A stretch of DNA of 64,000 nt from Ylistrum balloti (Eukaryota): the NCBI RefSeq assembly GCF_031769215.1, contig NW_026782141.1:186001-250000 (forward strand), read 5' to 3'. Positions 52,332 through 64,000 of the stretch are shown one piece after another (position 1 is the stretch's first letter; the number at the start of each line of letters is the position of its first letter). The translations under genes were made by a program, and so were the position numbers. The notes beneath the pieces were generated by a model. That model made no database searches and was not told where the DNA came from. It saw only the letters and a program-made list of their open reading frames with translations.

Positions 52332-55300
52332 ATGGAGACTGATATACCTGGAAATTTATCTGACAACAACTTACCTGGAAATTTACTTCACAATGACTTA
52401 CCTGGAAATATTACTCACAATGAAGATGAGACGAAAAATCAAAATGACAGTTCATTAAATCAAGGTCTTTCGGATCATTCTATATTGTTAAGAAGCCAAC
52501 CAAAAATATTTGATCAACAGGAAATGATGGTTGATTCTTTAATCAGCAATAGCAATCAAGTAGACAATAAAGAAGACAAAGATCATGGGGAAAGTCATAA
52601 CACGGACATCTTTGTAGAAAGTCAAGGTCAAAATGAAGAAAGTGAGAGTAGCGGAATACAGCCAAGGAAGGAATTCGGAAAAGATGGAGATGTAAATTTA
52701 GATAATGAACAAGGGTGTACAGAAGACATCGTTGATAATGAAAGGACTATGATCACATTAACAGAAAGAGGAGAAAAACAGTCATTTAGTCAAAAGGACA
52801 CAGTAATTGCATGTACATCAGAGGAAGGTTCCAATAATGATATTCCTGTAGTGTTTGCAGACTCTGATAAGCAAAACTTAACATTTACTTTAAATTCAAA
52901 CACAGAAGGATTGGAACCGCCAATGAAAAGATTTAGAGCTGAAAAAGATTCAGAATCAGTGACACCAAATGATGTGTTAGAATCTGTGTCTGATAGAGAA
53001 ACCAGTGGAACAGAAACTTTGGTTGATAATTCTGTTCAGTCTGAACCTGTGTGTATGCAGAAAGAAGATCAGGCCTTTGACTCTGCTGATGGAAAAGATA
53101 TGAAAAGTGATGGCCAACAGGACATGCCCAGCACAAGTCAGACAGAGGAGGATGACATGCCCTACTTCAGGTATAGAGGAAAACAAACAACATAATATAT
53201 CATTTCATCATAAAAATATAATCAGACAACAGCTCAGTTAGTAGAGCATCAGAATTCCGAATCCCAGGTGAAGATCTGGGGTGTGTGGTTCGATCCCTCC
53301 TCTGGCCAATTTTTTTTTTGTGTCTCTGGTATCTGAGGTCACTGATCATCATGTTCTGTCATAGTTGTGATCTTGGGCAAGAACGCTTTGATTTGATTGT
53401 CTGCCTTTGAAAGCATGCTTTACTGATCAGTATTTTTACCCTTCAAAACAGTTTTGAAAGAGACAAATGTAGTTTTGCACATATTTGGTATGATTTTCTG
53501 CTTTTTAAACTCATCAGATAAGGATTTCATTTGAGATACCTAGATATTTTTCTGCAGCTCAAAAGACCAAATCTCTGTCTTCCTGGTATTATTTTAAATA
53601 ATAACTAGAAATATAGAGACTATCCACTATACATTCTGTACATGTATCTATATAATGTATGCTTTAAAAGTATCTGTCAAAATTATTTACAAAGGGGTTT
53701 TAATTTTTTGTCATGTCTCCTTTATAAATTAATGTGTAATATGTAAATCATAAGTTAATGAGATACCCTATATATGTGTAGAATTTACATTTGTAGTCAG
53801 GAGGGTATGGTACTTACAGAAAAACCAGAGTTTATTACTGATGCCATGACAGAGTTCAACACAACAGATGATAATTTCCTCAAGGGCTGCAAATGGTGAG
53901 TGTAAATTAAAAAAATTGTAATAAAGTTGTTTTACAAATATGTTGGCAAGCTCTGAAGTTTTTAACCTGCTTTCATGTTATTTATAAAACAAATATATTC
54001 ATACTAACTTTCATAAGATGTTTGGTAGATTGGAAATCTTGGAATTTTTTCTTAGGGTCCAACTAAACGATAAGATCTTGTCATGAATTAAAGTTCATCA
54101 GTAATTTTTGTAGTAATTTTTCATGCGATTACAGAATATGATTTCAAAAATTTTGATTAGTCTCAATACCAAGAAATATAAACTCAAATATCTGAGTTCC
54201 AGAAATCACTGGTTCTAGGAGAAAAATGATGGAAGAATTATTTCAGTTATTTCATTATCTGATTTTGTTACTAGCTAGCGTGAACATTCATTTCATTTAT
54301 TTTTTTCTATGTAAGTTGATGGTTTTAATTAAATGTGGAAATACGTGGAAAATATGTAGTCAGGTATTGTTATTCTCGTATTTTATATTTTAACAATGTT
54401 TTTTTACCCCATTTAGGGCCCCTGATGGGACATGTCTTCTCACCAACAGCAATGATAACTGTCTAAGACTGTTCAACCTTCCTCAACCTCTGTATGAGGG
54501 ACAAAATGAGGGGATCCCTGAAATGGTACTTTTCCTTACAGCTTACAGATATAAAATAAAATTTATGTTTATTTAATGATTTTTGATAATTAACTATAAC
54601 CTTACTTGAATACTAAATCATGCTGTAATAATGATATTTAAATACTGGGTTGTCGATAAATTAAAATCATTTATGTTCCTAAATTACTAATAAATCAAAC
54701 AATAGATATGTCAGTACACCTATTCTAAATAAGTGTAATATTCCATTCACGTGATTGAATGTTTAATTCCTTTGTTATCAATGATTATAATCATCATCAG
54801 AAAATATCAAATAAAGAAAAAAAAAATGATATGAATTGTTTTTGCCACATTTGACTACAGTTCAACTACACCTAAAACATTGGTTTTCTCCTCTCAGCCC
54901 TTTATTCATTAGATATTATTGTGATAAGAATAAGTGATAAACTCTTATTTCGTTTACTAGCAATATTTATTCAGTAAATCAACAAATTAACATAAAAAAA
55001 TTTGTGCTGTGATGTCCAGAGGACCAATGCGTAACTACCGAGAAGTAGACAGAACAAGAATATAACACTCGTTGACATTTCTACAGAAATTTATTATAGA
55101 TTTGGATGGGTATATTAGAAATGCTATGGAAATTTAGGTAAATAGTTGAGGGGTGGGCTTATTGCCAAATAGACATGGTTTATACCTACACTGTACAATA
55201 TTAATGATAAAGTTTGGATGTGTTTTTATTTCAGACCTCAGCCTTGAAATTTTCAGAAACTGACACCATCTATGACTACTGCTGGTATCCTAAAATGGTG

Positions 55301-58300
55301 TTTGATGACCCTAATACTCAATGGTAAAGAAAGATGTATTATTTGGTGTCTGAAGCAAGGCTTGGTAGGATTATGACCCTAACAAGGTCCTTACATGACA
55401 GAGCATTCTTACAATAATAAACGATTACTATTGGAGCTTAAGATTATATATCTGTAAGTTACTGAGAGTTTTAAGTAAGCAGGATATAACAGACAGACAT
55501 GACAGATATGAAAGAAGTGTTTCCATATCCTCCAGACAAACATAATGGTTGATTGTGACTCACTTGAAATGTAAGCAAAATGAGGGGAAAATAAGGAAAT
55601 AATGGTTTATTTTCTTGATAGCTTACAAGTTCTTCAAGGACATATTTGGAAAAAAAACATTGCCAGATATTTTGAATATTGAAATTTTACTTTGAGATAG
55701 AAATTTCTACATTTCCTACTAAGACATATGTAACTAGTTTATTCTTTTGAATTTGAATCTATAATTGTGTAGGTCTGACTAAAGTAAGATGTCTTATTCA
55801 ATTTGAAACAGACTGACACTATCCAATGACTCATTGTTTGTTCATTTTATAGCCTTGTTGCTACATCGAAAGACGGCCCAGTACATCTATGGGATGCAAA
55901 CACTGGACAAATACGATGTACATATCGTCCTTACAACCATCTAGTAAGTCATCAATTTTATGTTTTGAATTATTCTTCACAAGTTTTAGGAAATTCTGAC
56001 ATGAGAGGAATTAATATGAATTTGTGAGATTAAACATAATAAATAAATCAATTGTGTACATGTATGACATAGACACTTGTGTAACAGCAATAGCCACGAT
56101 ATCTCAGTCAGTAGATTGTTAGCCTACACAATCTCAGGTGATACCCAAGTTACATAGTTCAACACTCCGTACAGTTAATGTTTCTCAGGAAGCTAAAAAA
56201 AGGACTGGTGTGTGCTGTTGTGGTCGCGTTCTTGGGCAAGACACTTTACCCTAATTTTTCTAGGTTATATGCGACAGGTCTCCAATATGTTTTTCAAAGA
56301 GGCAGCCACCATCTACTATACTATAACGTGACCCCATCTCAAGATGACCCTGGCTGTCCATGGGGCAACAAACCAAGCAAATTAGAAAAAATAAACAAAA
56401 TTTTTGATACTGGTATCATTAAGAAATATATAGAACCCCAAAAATTTATAAAAATAAAAAGTAATAAAAATTTATTTTTCTATAAGAATGACATTTTTAG
56501 ACAATTTTTTTCTGACATTATAGAAGATATAATGTCATTTATTTATGATTTTACGGGAGTTATTACACAGCATGTGGTATTTATGATATTGTCATATAAC
56601 AAGCTGGAACAGCCAAAATGAGTGATCAATGATTTTGATAAAACATGAAAAAAAACTGAACTTGATGTAACTAATTATTTGATTTTAAATAAAGTGATGA
56701 CATTCTACTCATGAAAACAATAAGGGCAACTCTAAAATATCTATTCTACCCCAGTTAATAATGCATTAAATGTGAAATAAAGAATTAATGTCAGGAATGT
56801 TTCAATAAAAAAAGTAGAATTTAACAAAAAAATGTGTTTTTCTAATTTACTGATTTAGGTGACATAAAATTCCAATGTTACTCATGACTTTTGTTTTTTC
56901 CAGGATGAGATCACATCTGCCTACAGCTTAGCCTTCAGCCTTGATGGGACCAAACTTTATTGTGGATTTAACAAAATGATCCGGATATTTGATCTGGCAA
57001 GACCTGGGCGTGACTGTGTTTCCCGGCCAACATACTACAGCACCCAGCACTCAAAAAGTACGAAATGTAGATGCACGACTTTGACATGTGTATCTTTTTC
57101 AGAATTGATCCATCTTAAAAAATACATGTATATGGTAAATTTTTTTGATTGACAATTTGAATCAGGTTAACTACTGTAATCAAGTCTCTGGTTTGTTGAT
57201 TGATAAGGGAGATAACTTTGATATCTGTAAAAATATCAAACTGCATGTACATTTATGGGAACCTGGAGTACATGAACAAATGTGTCTTCTTTTATTATAG
57301 TCAAACTTTAGTGCGTCTTGAAACATTGATTTCATCATATTTAATAACATCATTTTCTGTGTATGTTTAACACGTGTTTGCTAGTGATTCATAATTACAC
57401 ATGACTTTTTGCAGTCAACACATGTCCTGTATCTAGCTTTTACCTGTTGTCAAATTCATTCAGCATAGAATCACCTCTCTGTAACTATCACCTGTCTAAC
57501 ACAACAATCCAACCTGCCTTAGAGACCACCTGTCAATAACTACTCGCAAAACTGCTTCAGAGGCTACCTATCTAAATCTGTATACAGTCATACCTCTCTA
57601 AGAGATCACCTGTCTTCATCAAATCTACCTTTGAGACCACCTATGTATAACTTCAGTAATACCTCTCGAACAGACCACCGGTCTATAACTTCAGTAATAC
57701 CTCTCTAACAGACCACCTATCTATAACTTCAGTTATACCTCTCTAAGAGACCATCTTTCTATAACAGAACTAAAGTCATTAAGTCATCACTTGCTTTATG
57801 ATAACCTTTATTTTTCTACAGCTAAATCAGGTCAGCCTGGTATAATATCATGTATCGTCCCCAGTCCTCAGGATAATGGAATGTACGCTGCAGGATCTTA
57901 CTCCAGGGCTAGTAAGTTTTGCTTTCTTTGGTTCCAGTTTCATGAACTCTCCAAACTTGTGGAGATTCTTTAGGTTTGTCTGTAAAAATATCTTGTTAGA
58001 CATACAGTAAGGATTGCAACAATTTTTTTTGTAATTTCTTCTTAAATGCTCTTCTCCAGAAATTTTCTTATGTTAAGGATATTTCTGTTGTAACATCATT
58101 TTATTGTCAGTCTCTAAACTCAATCAGTTATTTATAAGAAAGAAATAGTGCATTGGTACTTACTGTTACCTCAAAGTAATATATGATGTATATACTGTGT
58201 TAAGATATGTCACACAAAGTACATCTTACTATTGAATGAATGCAATTGAGGATATCATTTAATAATGTACAGGTTTAAGACAATCTTATGTAATGTACAC

Positions 58301-60292
58301 ATGATATATGTGAAATAGAAATTAATTTGTAGTTTTTATGTATATAATGCATTACACATTACATTGTATGTAAAATAGAAGTTTATTTTTTAATTTACCC
58401 TTTTCTTAGTATTTAAGTATTTCATACTTTGTAGATGTAAAATAAAAGTTGATTTTGATGTATATGTGAAAGGAAAATTTATTTTGATGTTTTGTAGTTG
58501 CTGTGTACTGTGAACCTAAAGGGGAAATGGCATGTATGTTTGATGGACAGCAAGGGGGAGTAACTCACCTGGCCTTTTCCCCAGATGGAACCAAGCTCTA
58601 TAGTGGAGGTCGTAAAGTAAGTAACATAAACTAGTTTAGATGTTATAATTTACAATGTACTACAGTTTATTTCACTTTCTCAATGGAATCTGTGACCTGT
58701 GTTGTTCATATTTGACCAGTGTAGGTATAATGAAATTTAAGAACCAGATATTGTTACAACCAACATTGAAATTTGAATTTGAGATCAGATGCTATTACTT
58801 ATTTTTTTTCATAATGAACATTCTACTTCAAAAAATGGATGTCCATAGTGTGTCATGCTTTTGATTATATATGTTTTGATTGGAAAGTTTCACCTAACTA
58901 GTTAATCAGCATTCTACCAATGCCTACTAAAATCTCACCAATTTTATTGAATTACCAACAAATGCTAATTCTTGTCTGTTATAAAATGATTTTTTGACTT
59001 TGAATCTCTGGGGTAATGTAATTAACCCTAGGGCTTATTGAAGTAGTAATTAGTCTCATATATTTTTATAACTTACAGGATCCTGAAATTATTTGCTGGG
59101 ATTTACGATATCCAGGGCGAATTCTATTTGTAGCTTTGCGACAAGTGCTGACAAATCAGAGGATTTATTTCGACTTGGACAGGTAAGACAATATTTCAGT
59201 CAAATATCAATCATGGATATCTTTCTTGTATCATTAGTAACTACTACCATCAGATACTTCAAAGTTTTCAAAAGAGACATTATCAGAAAAAGTTAGATCT
59301 CATATCCTTTAATGTTAAAGTCTGCACAAAGACAGAATATGTGTTTATAATCTCGCTGAACTTTGTAACTTCTGAAATATTACTAAATTTAATTCAGAGT
59401 AAAAAAAAAAAAAAACTCTGAGAAGATAACATCCAAAAAATTCATGAGTTTGTACCAGTAAACCTACAAAACAGTACTATTGTCACTGTAAAACAATGCT
59501 TGATACCTTTGAAACTATACTGTTGCATATTCTGTTCAATCTTGATTACCTTCGTTGGTAGTTAAATGATGCTAAGGACATCCCCCCCCCCCCCCCCCCA
59601 ATACAATAATTTAAAGAACAGCCTTACACAAAATATATTGTGTCTTGATTAAATTATCAAAATAATCACATGATGTTGAATGAACTGTATTGTGTTGTTA
59701 CAGGAGTGGGCAATATCTGTTCTCTGGCAGTCATGATGGTACAGTGAATATATGGGACACTACCATTGCTCCTGAGGAGTTGTTTCCTGGGCAGGACCCT
59801 GTCTTAAAAGTTATCAATACATTCCAGGCACACAAAGACACTGTCAATGGCATCAGGTTTGTGACATTGTTCCTGTTTTATAGTAATCTGCAGAAGAATT
59901 ATGACACAACACAAAATAATGTGGGTACCATTTGCTAAAAGAGAATCCCAGGTTAAACACAAATTAACATTTTTGAATCAAGATTGATCTAGTTACACGT
60001 TCCTGTTGAATCAAATGATTGTTATTGAAGCTGAAAAGCTGCTTTCTACATAGATTAGGTTGTTGATCTGTTATCTTGTCAGCAGTAACAGCTTAAAAAC
60101 CCTATTGAATGATAATTTTCATAATTTTTTTTGTCTCCTTTCAGTTTGCACCCATACTTGCCAATTTTAGCCTCCTCTTCAGGCCAGAGACATTTCTCCT
60201 GCGTAGATGATAGTGACAGTTCTGATGACGAATCCAGTGACATCATCGAGAATAATCTCAAACTTTGGGCATTTCCAAAATCAAAGATTTGA
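52332..60292 (+). CDS. WRAP53: WRAP53 / TCAB1 / WDR79, telomerase Cajal body WD40 protein, 11 coding exons
   Basis: Exons 52332-53170, 53797-53895, 54417-54525, 55235-55323, 55853-55943, 56904-57057, 57822-57911, 58498-58616, 59079-59182, 59704-59856 and 60145-60292, all phase-compatible: [99 protein letters not shown]. Confidence 0.96.
53226..53400 (+). mobile_element. tRNA-derived SINE remnant, WRAP53 intron 1
   Basis: A-box AGCTCAGTTAGTAGAGC and B-box GGTTCGATCC with mismatched stems, followed by a CTTGGGCAAG core. Homologous to 56100-56380. Confidence 0.7.
56100..56380 (+). mobile_element. tRNA-derived SINE remnant, WRAP53 intron 5
   Basis: CTCAGTCAGTAGA..AATCTCAGGTGA..GTTCAAC head and GTTCTTGGGCAAGACACTTTACCC core. 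Confidence 0.7.
57470..57770. repeat. Degenerate short-period repeat (AGAGACCACCTGTC / CCTCTCTAA), WRAP53 intron 6, probably MITE-derived
   Basis: Repeated GACCACC-type units about 25-40 bp apart; not similar to flanking exons. Confidence 0.6.
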
Positions 60293-61864
60293 TATTTTTT
60301 CGTTTTAAATGTACCGCAAAAACATTATTGGCTCAAGCTATTTTTAGCCCAAGTGTTTTGTGCCAATTTTCTGAAATACTTATGTGTACATATGTCTTCT
60401 GGTTTTCTGGATTTTTTTTTTAAAAATTCAGAACAAATAGTGCAATAACACAATTAAAGGTGTTCATTGGTGTCTACAGTGGTGGTGGAGGAGATCAAAA
60501 TATCATGTCATATCTTAGACATTTAACTGTGTAGAAATGGCATTTACTTATTTTATAAATGCAATATCTATGAAGTTCTATAAGGTATATTCACATTTTC
60601 TGCACATTTTGCTGTTTGTATATATTCATTCACTTTAAACTTAATTAAGTTGTTAATTAGCTACTGTATCTAGCAATTTGGAAACACATACGGCAGATTA
60701 AGCTCGCTCACTCAATTTGCATAGCTGCCATTTTGGATTTTGAACAAAATTTATAGGTATAGCAGGAGAACAAAGAATGGGCGCATTATTGAAATTAATG
60801 GGGCCAGGCACATTTTAACCAGTTTTCTGTATGCATTGATGGAAAGAGATGATCAATATGTTATTGTTTCGAGGTTCCTATACAGTCTTTGTCATCATGT
60901 TACAAATTGGCATGATATCACAGTTTTATGTAATATACTGAACTGATTTTAAGGTTCCGGAGACCTTTGAAATGATTGATAATGTATTTGTGCTCAAAAG
61001 TTAAAGGGGCCAGCAACCTGCCAGTAACTAGGCTTATAACTTGCAGGAATGGTATGATGAAAATCAAAATTGTAATGAGTGAGGTATTCTGAACCTGATG
61101 TCAACCTTTTTTCCCAATAATAATTAAATTGCTACAGTATGAGAGGCCATCAGGGGGGCTATCTCAGTGAGTGCTTGTGAAGGTATAGAAAGTCTACCAC
61201 AGTTCAGATGTAAATGTGACTGAAAAATTTTTATTTTGAATACTACTAAACAAGTGCAATTGTTGATAAAATAGTATAAATTTAAACTTACATGCTCATT
61301 CATTAAACTGCATTTACAAATAAAAAAGAATAAAGGTTTTTTTTGCCTCTGTGTCTAATATTGAATACAGAGTAAGTAAATAAAGAAAAGAATTATTTGT
61401 ACCCCCCTCATCCTGCCTGTTTTCATGCTTGCCACCTCTCAAGTTTTGATGACATCACAAATATTTTATCTTATGAATATTCATGAGTTGAGTGAGCCTA
61501 TTTCTCCACACGAATCATTTTGACGGTAACCGTGAAACGTTAATCGACTCCATAACTACAATTGTGACATCATGGTAGTCACACCAGTAAAAGTATCTAC
61601 TGTAGAACTTTTTACATAGATCTGTTTTGGTAGGTATATATCACAGATATCTCATGCAAAAGTAAATGTAATAGGGAGGATGCACATTGAAGCTGTTTTT
61701 GTGTTGTTGGAATTTGATGGTCTCCAACAGTTTCTTTTTTCATCTGTTTTCTGATATTTGTATGCCTTTTTTATTCTGTTTGTTTTGACTTTTATGTACA
61801 CAAGTGATAAATTTTAAATCCTAAATATGTCCAGGTTTTTGCTAAAAATAATATAATATTTCTT

Positions 61865-61976
61865 TAACACTAAGCTTGTGTGAGTAAAACTGAGTCATGA
61901 GTAGCTATCAGTTGAGTTAACACTAAGCTTGTGTGAGTAAAACTGAGTCATGAGTAGCTATCAGTTGAGTTAACAC
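61865..61976. repeat. Perfect 53-bp tandem duplication
   Basis: TAACACTAAGCTTGTGTGAGTAAAACTGAGTCATGAGTAGCTATCAGTTGAGT x2 + TAACAC. Confidence 0.95.
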
Positions 61977-62299
61977 CTGGTCAATATCACTTTTGATGTA
62001 AATATCACAATGAAATGGATTGGGTATCAGTTAAGATAATTCAGTTATTCATGAAAATCACATAATTTACATGGTTTTATTGATTCAGAAAAAAAATGTA
62101 TTCATACCATATATGGTCCTGAGATAATTACATGTTATTGTTTGTCACATAATGCTGATGGGACCAGTCACTTGTCAAAAAATCTCTAATGATAAAAACA
62201 AAACAAGTGAAAATAAAATATCTCAACAATATAATTGATTTTGTGTGATTTGAAGTTACAGTTACATTGAATGGAATTGGCTTTACTTCAATACAATGA

Positions 62300-62344
<45 letters not shown>
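62300..62344. repeat. (ATTG)n microsatellite
   Basis: Directly visible. Confidence 0.95.
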
Positions 62345-64000
62345 CGCAGATCTCTTTCAATCTCTGCTCCCCTGGAACATTTCCTGGCACAAAGCACAAG
62401 CAAGTTAATTCATCGGTCAAGAGCGGGTTTCAGGAGAGAAAAAAATGACCAATCACAGACTGATAAGCTCCTTTGAAGATTAGAAGGAACAACACCCGAC
62501 CTCATAGTCAGTACCACATACCATTATGTGACCTCATCTTTCCTACAAGGTGTCACACATGGAACCTTCAATTTTGTCAAGAAATGTTTCAAAGATGCAA
62601 TGGAAGTGATAGTGAGTGTAACCACTCAATTATTGAGTTTGATAGTTTGGGTCCAAAATTATGCCAAGGTATTGACTTTTTTAAGGTACTCAATACGTAC
62701 TCAACTGGCGGCATTGCCCACAACAGAATCACGAGATATTGTAATATATATAGAAAACAATAGGCTACTACAACAAAATATAACACAATTTAGCAACACT
62801 TCATTGCAGTTGCCGATGGTGTCAAGATCTGCTGACTGGGGCCCATACCTAGGGCTCTGTAAGGGACACATTAGGGCTCCTCTCCTGAACATCAGAGCCC
62901 TGAACAATACTCCCCACAATAAGCAGAATGTCCCAGGATACCCAAAGAGACTGCAACAGGGAGGATTACTACTGATTCTCCAATTCGTTGGCGTATACTG
63001 TCACCTCAGGAAGTCTGCGGTGTTCTCCTCTGTGCCCCATCCCTGCATATACACCCTTAAAAATAGTTCACACGATAGGTTGGTTTCATTAGTTGCATAA
63101 GTTTTAAGTGAAACAGCACCATGAATGCTAATGACAGAACACCTACATATACGATTTCATGAAACCAATATGAGCCTCTTAAAACGTCACTATGTCCAAA
63201 TTTGACAACATATTTAAATATGCAAATTACATTTTACTAGATATTTCTTGTGTACGCTTGATCAGAAACAATAACCCAAAGCAAGCGATGTGATTCTCTA
63301 TCAACACAAGAAATCATTTGCTGTAAATTGCCTTATTAGTTTATTGCTTGTATTAATGTATTTTAAAGAAAAATACTGCGATTAGTGTTGTAAACACATG
63401 TGTCCAATTTTCATATCATTTACAATCAAATATTTTTAATCAAATTCATATTGGGCTGCCTACACTTCTTCTACACTCCCCCCAAACCCAACCCTCCTCC
63501 CCCACTCTCTCTCTCCTTAGTACTGTCATTCTGAACCAACCTTCGTCTCCTTGTTGTTGCATTCTTCCATCGCTGAAAGTACACTACCCCGCTTTAATAT
63601 ATAATCCAAAGTACAATGACAATGGCCTGCTATTATTACATGTTCAATGATAGCATTTCATAGAGGAGACAACTGGAGAACTTACCACTGTGGATCGAAA
63701 CATTTCTCAACAAACAAAGAAGAGAACGCCGTAGGTAACCTAGAGCACACCGAGGTAATGCACTCGGTTCAAACGGACGCTTTAAAACGACCAGTTTCAA
63801 TATTGTAGTTATCAAATTTCCCTTCGTTTGGACTTGTAAATAACAAAGGTGTTAGTAAGTCGTTCAATGCCATTTGATAAGAGGAAAAGTTTGGGAAGGA
63901 AACTGGTAAATCATAGGTATAATATACCAAGTCTTTAAATTTTCTTTCTGTTACATTTTCACAGAGAATGAAGTATACAATAACTTGATCCAAACTAAAT

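Noticed and set aside
53226-53308. tRNA gene with intron followed by a T-run terminator
   Set aside because: Acceptor and T stems are mismatched, and a homologous head plus CTTGGGCAAG core recurs at 56100; best explained as a SINE.
56178-56621. 147-aa plus ORF in a WRAP53 intron
   Set aside because: Overlaps a SINE body and A-rich DNA; not needed for the WRAP53 frame.
57470-57770. Another donor-echo array in WRAP53 intron 6
   Set aside because: The unit does not resemble the exon-6 end, the CAGGT-like sites are antisense to WRAP53, and it lies far from the donor.
52332-60292. U12 introns or intronic sno/scaRNAs in WRAP53
   Set aside because: All donors are major-class; no convincing C/D box pair or H/ACA fold seen by eye. 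An Infernal/Rfam scan would be needed to exclude them.
61865-61976. 53-bp duplication containing GTGAGT
   Set aside because: No upstream exon identified; outside the annotated genes; probably a simple slippage duplication.

Overview
AT-rich, intron-rich animal genomic DNA. The Helentron-type repeat style and SINE cores suggest a bivalve mollusc such as an oyster (inference). Hand-built gene models: (1) the first 4 coding exons of an atypical SLC6 transporter (-), running toward the left edge; (2) a ~16 kb gene-poor TE graveyard (Maverick/Polinton PolB relic, MULE, two decayed LINEs, one bracketed by ~1 kb direct repeats); (3) two head-to-head housekeeping gene pairs, NCBP2/CBP20(-) with PIGZ(+) and PELP1(-) with WRAP53/TCAB1(+). 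All four of these genes splice into complete open frames. A defective pogo transposon sits in PELP1 intron 1. The most striking feature is five intronic tandem arrays, one in NCBP2 and four in PELP1 (one of them degenerate), with unrelated units of 33, ~33, 42, 45 and 86-87 bp. Each unit is a copy of the upstream exon's 3' end plus its 5' splice site, so the true donor is followed by a row of decoy donors, several matching the U1 consensus better than the true one. NCBP2 intron 2 is a U12-type intron with a non-consensus donor (GTAACCTTT), and it lies directly upstream of the exon whose donor is arrayed.
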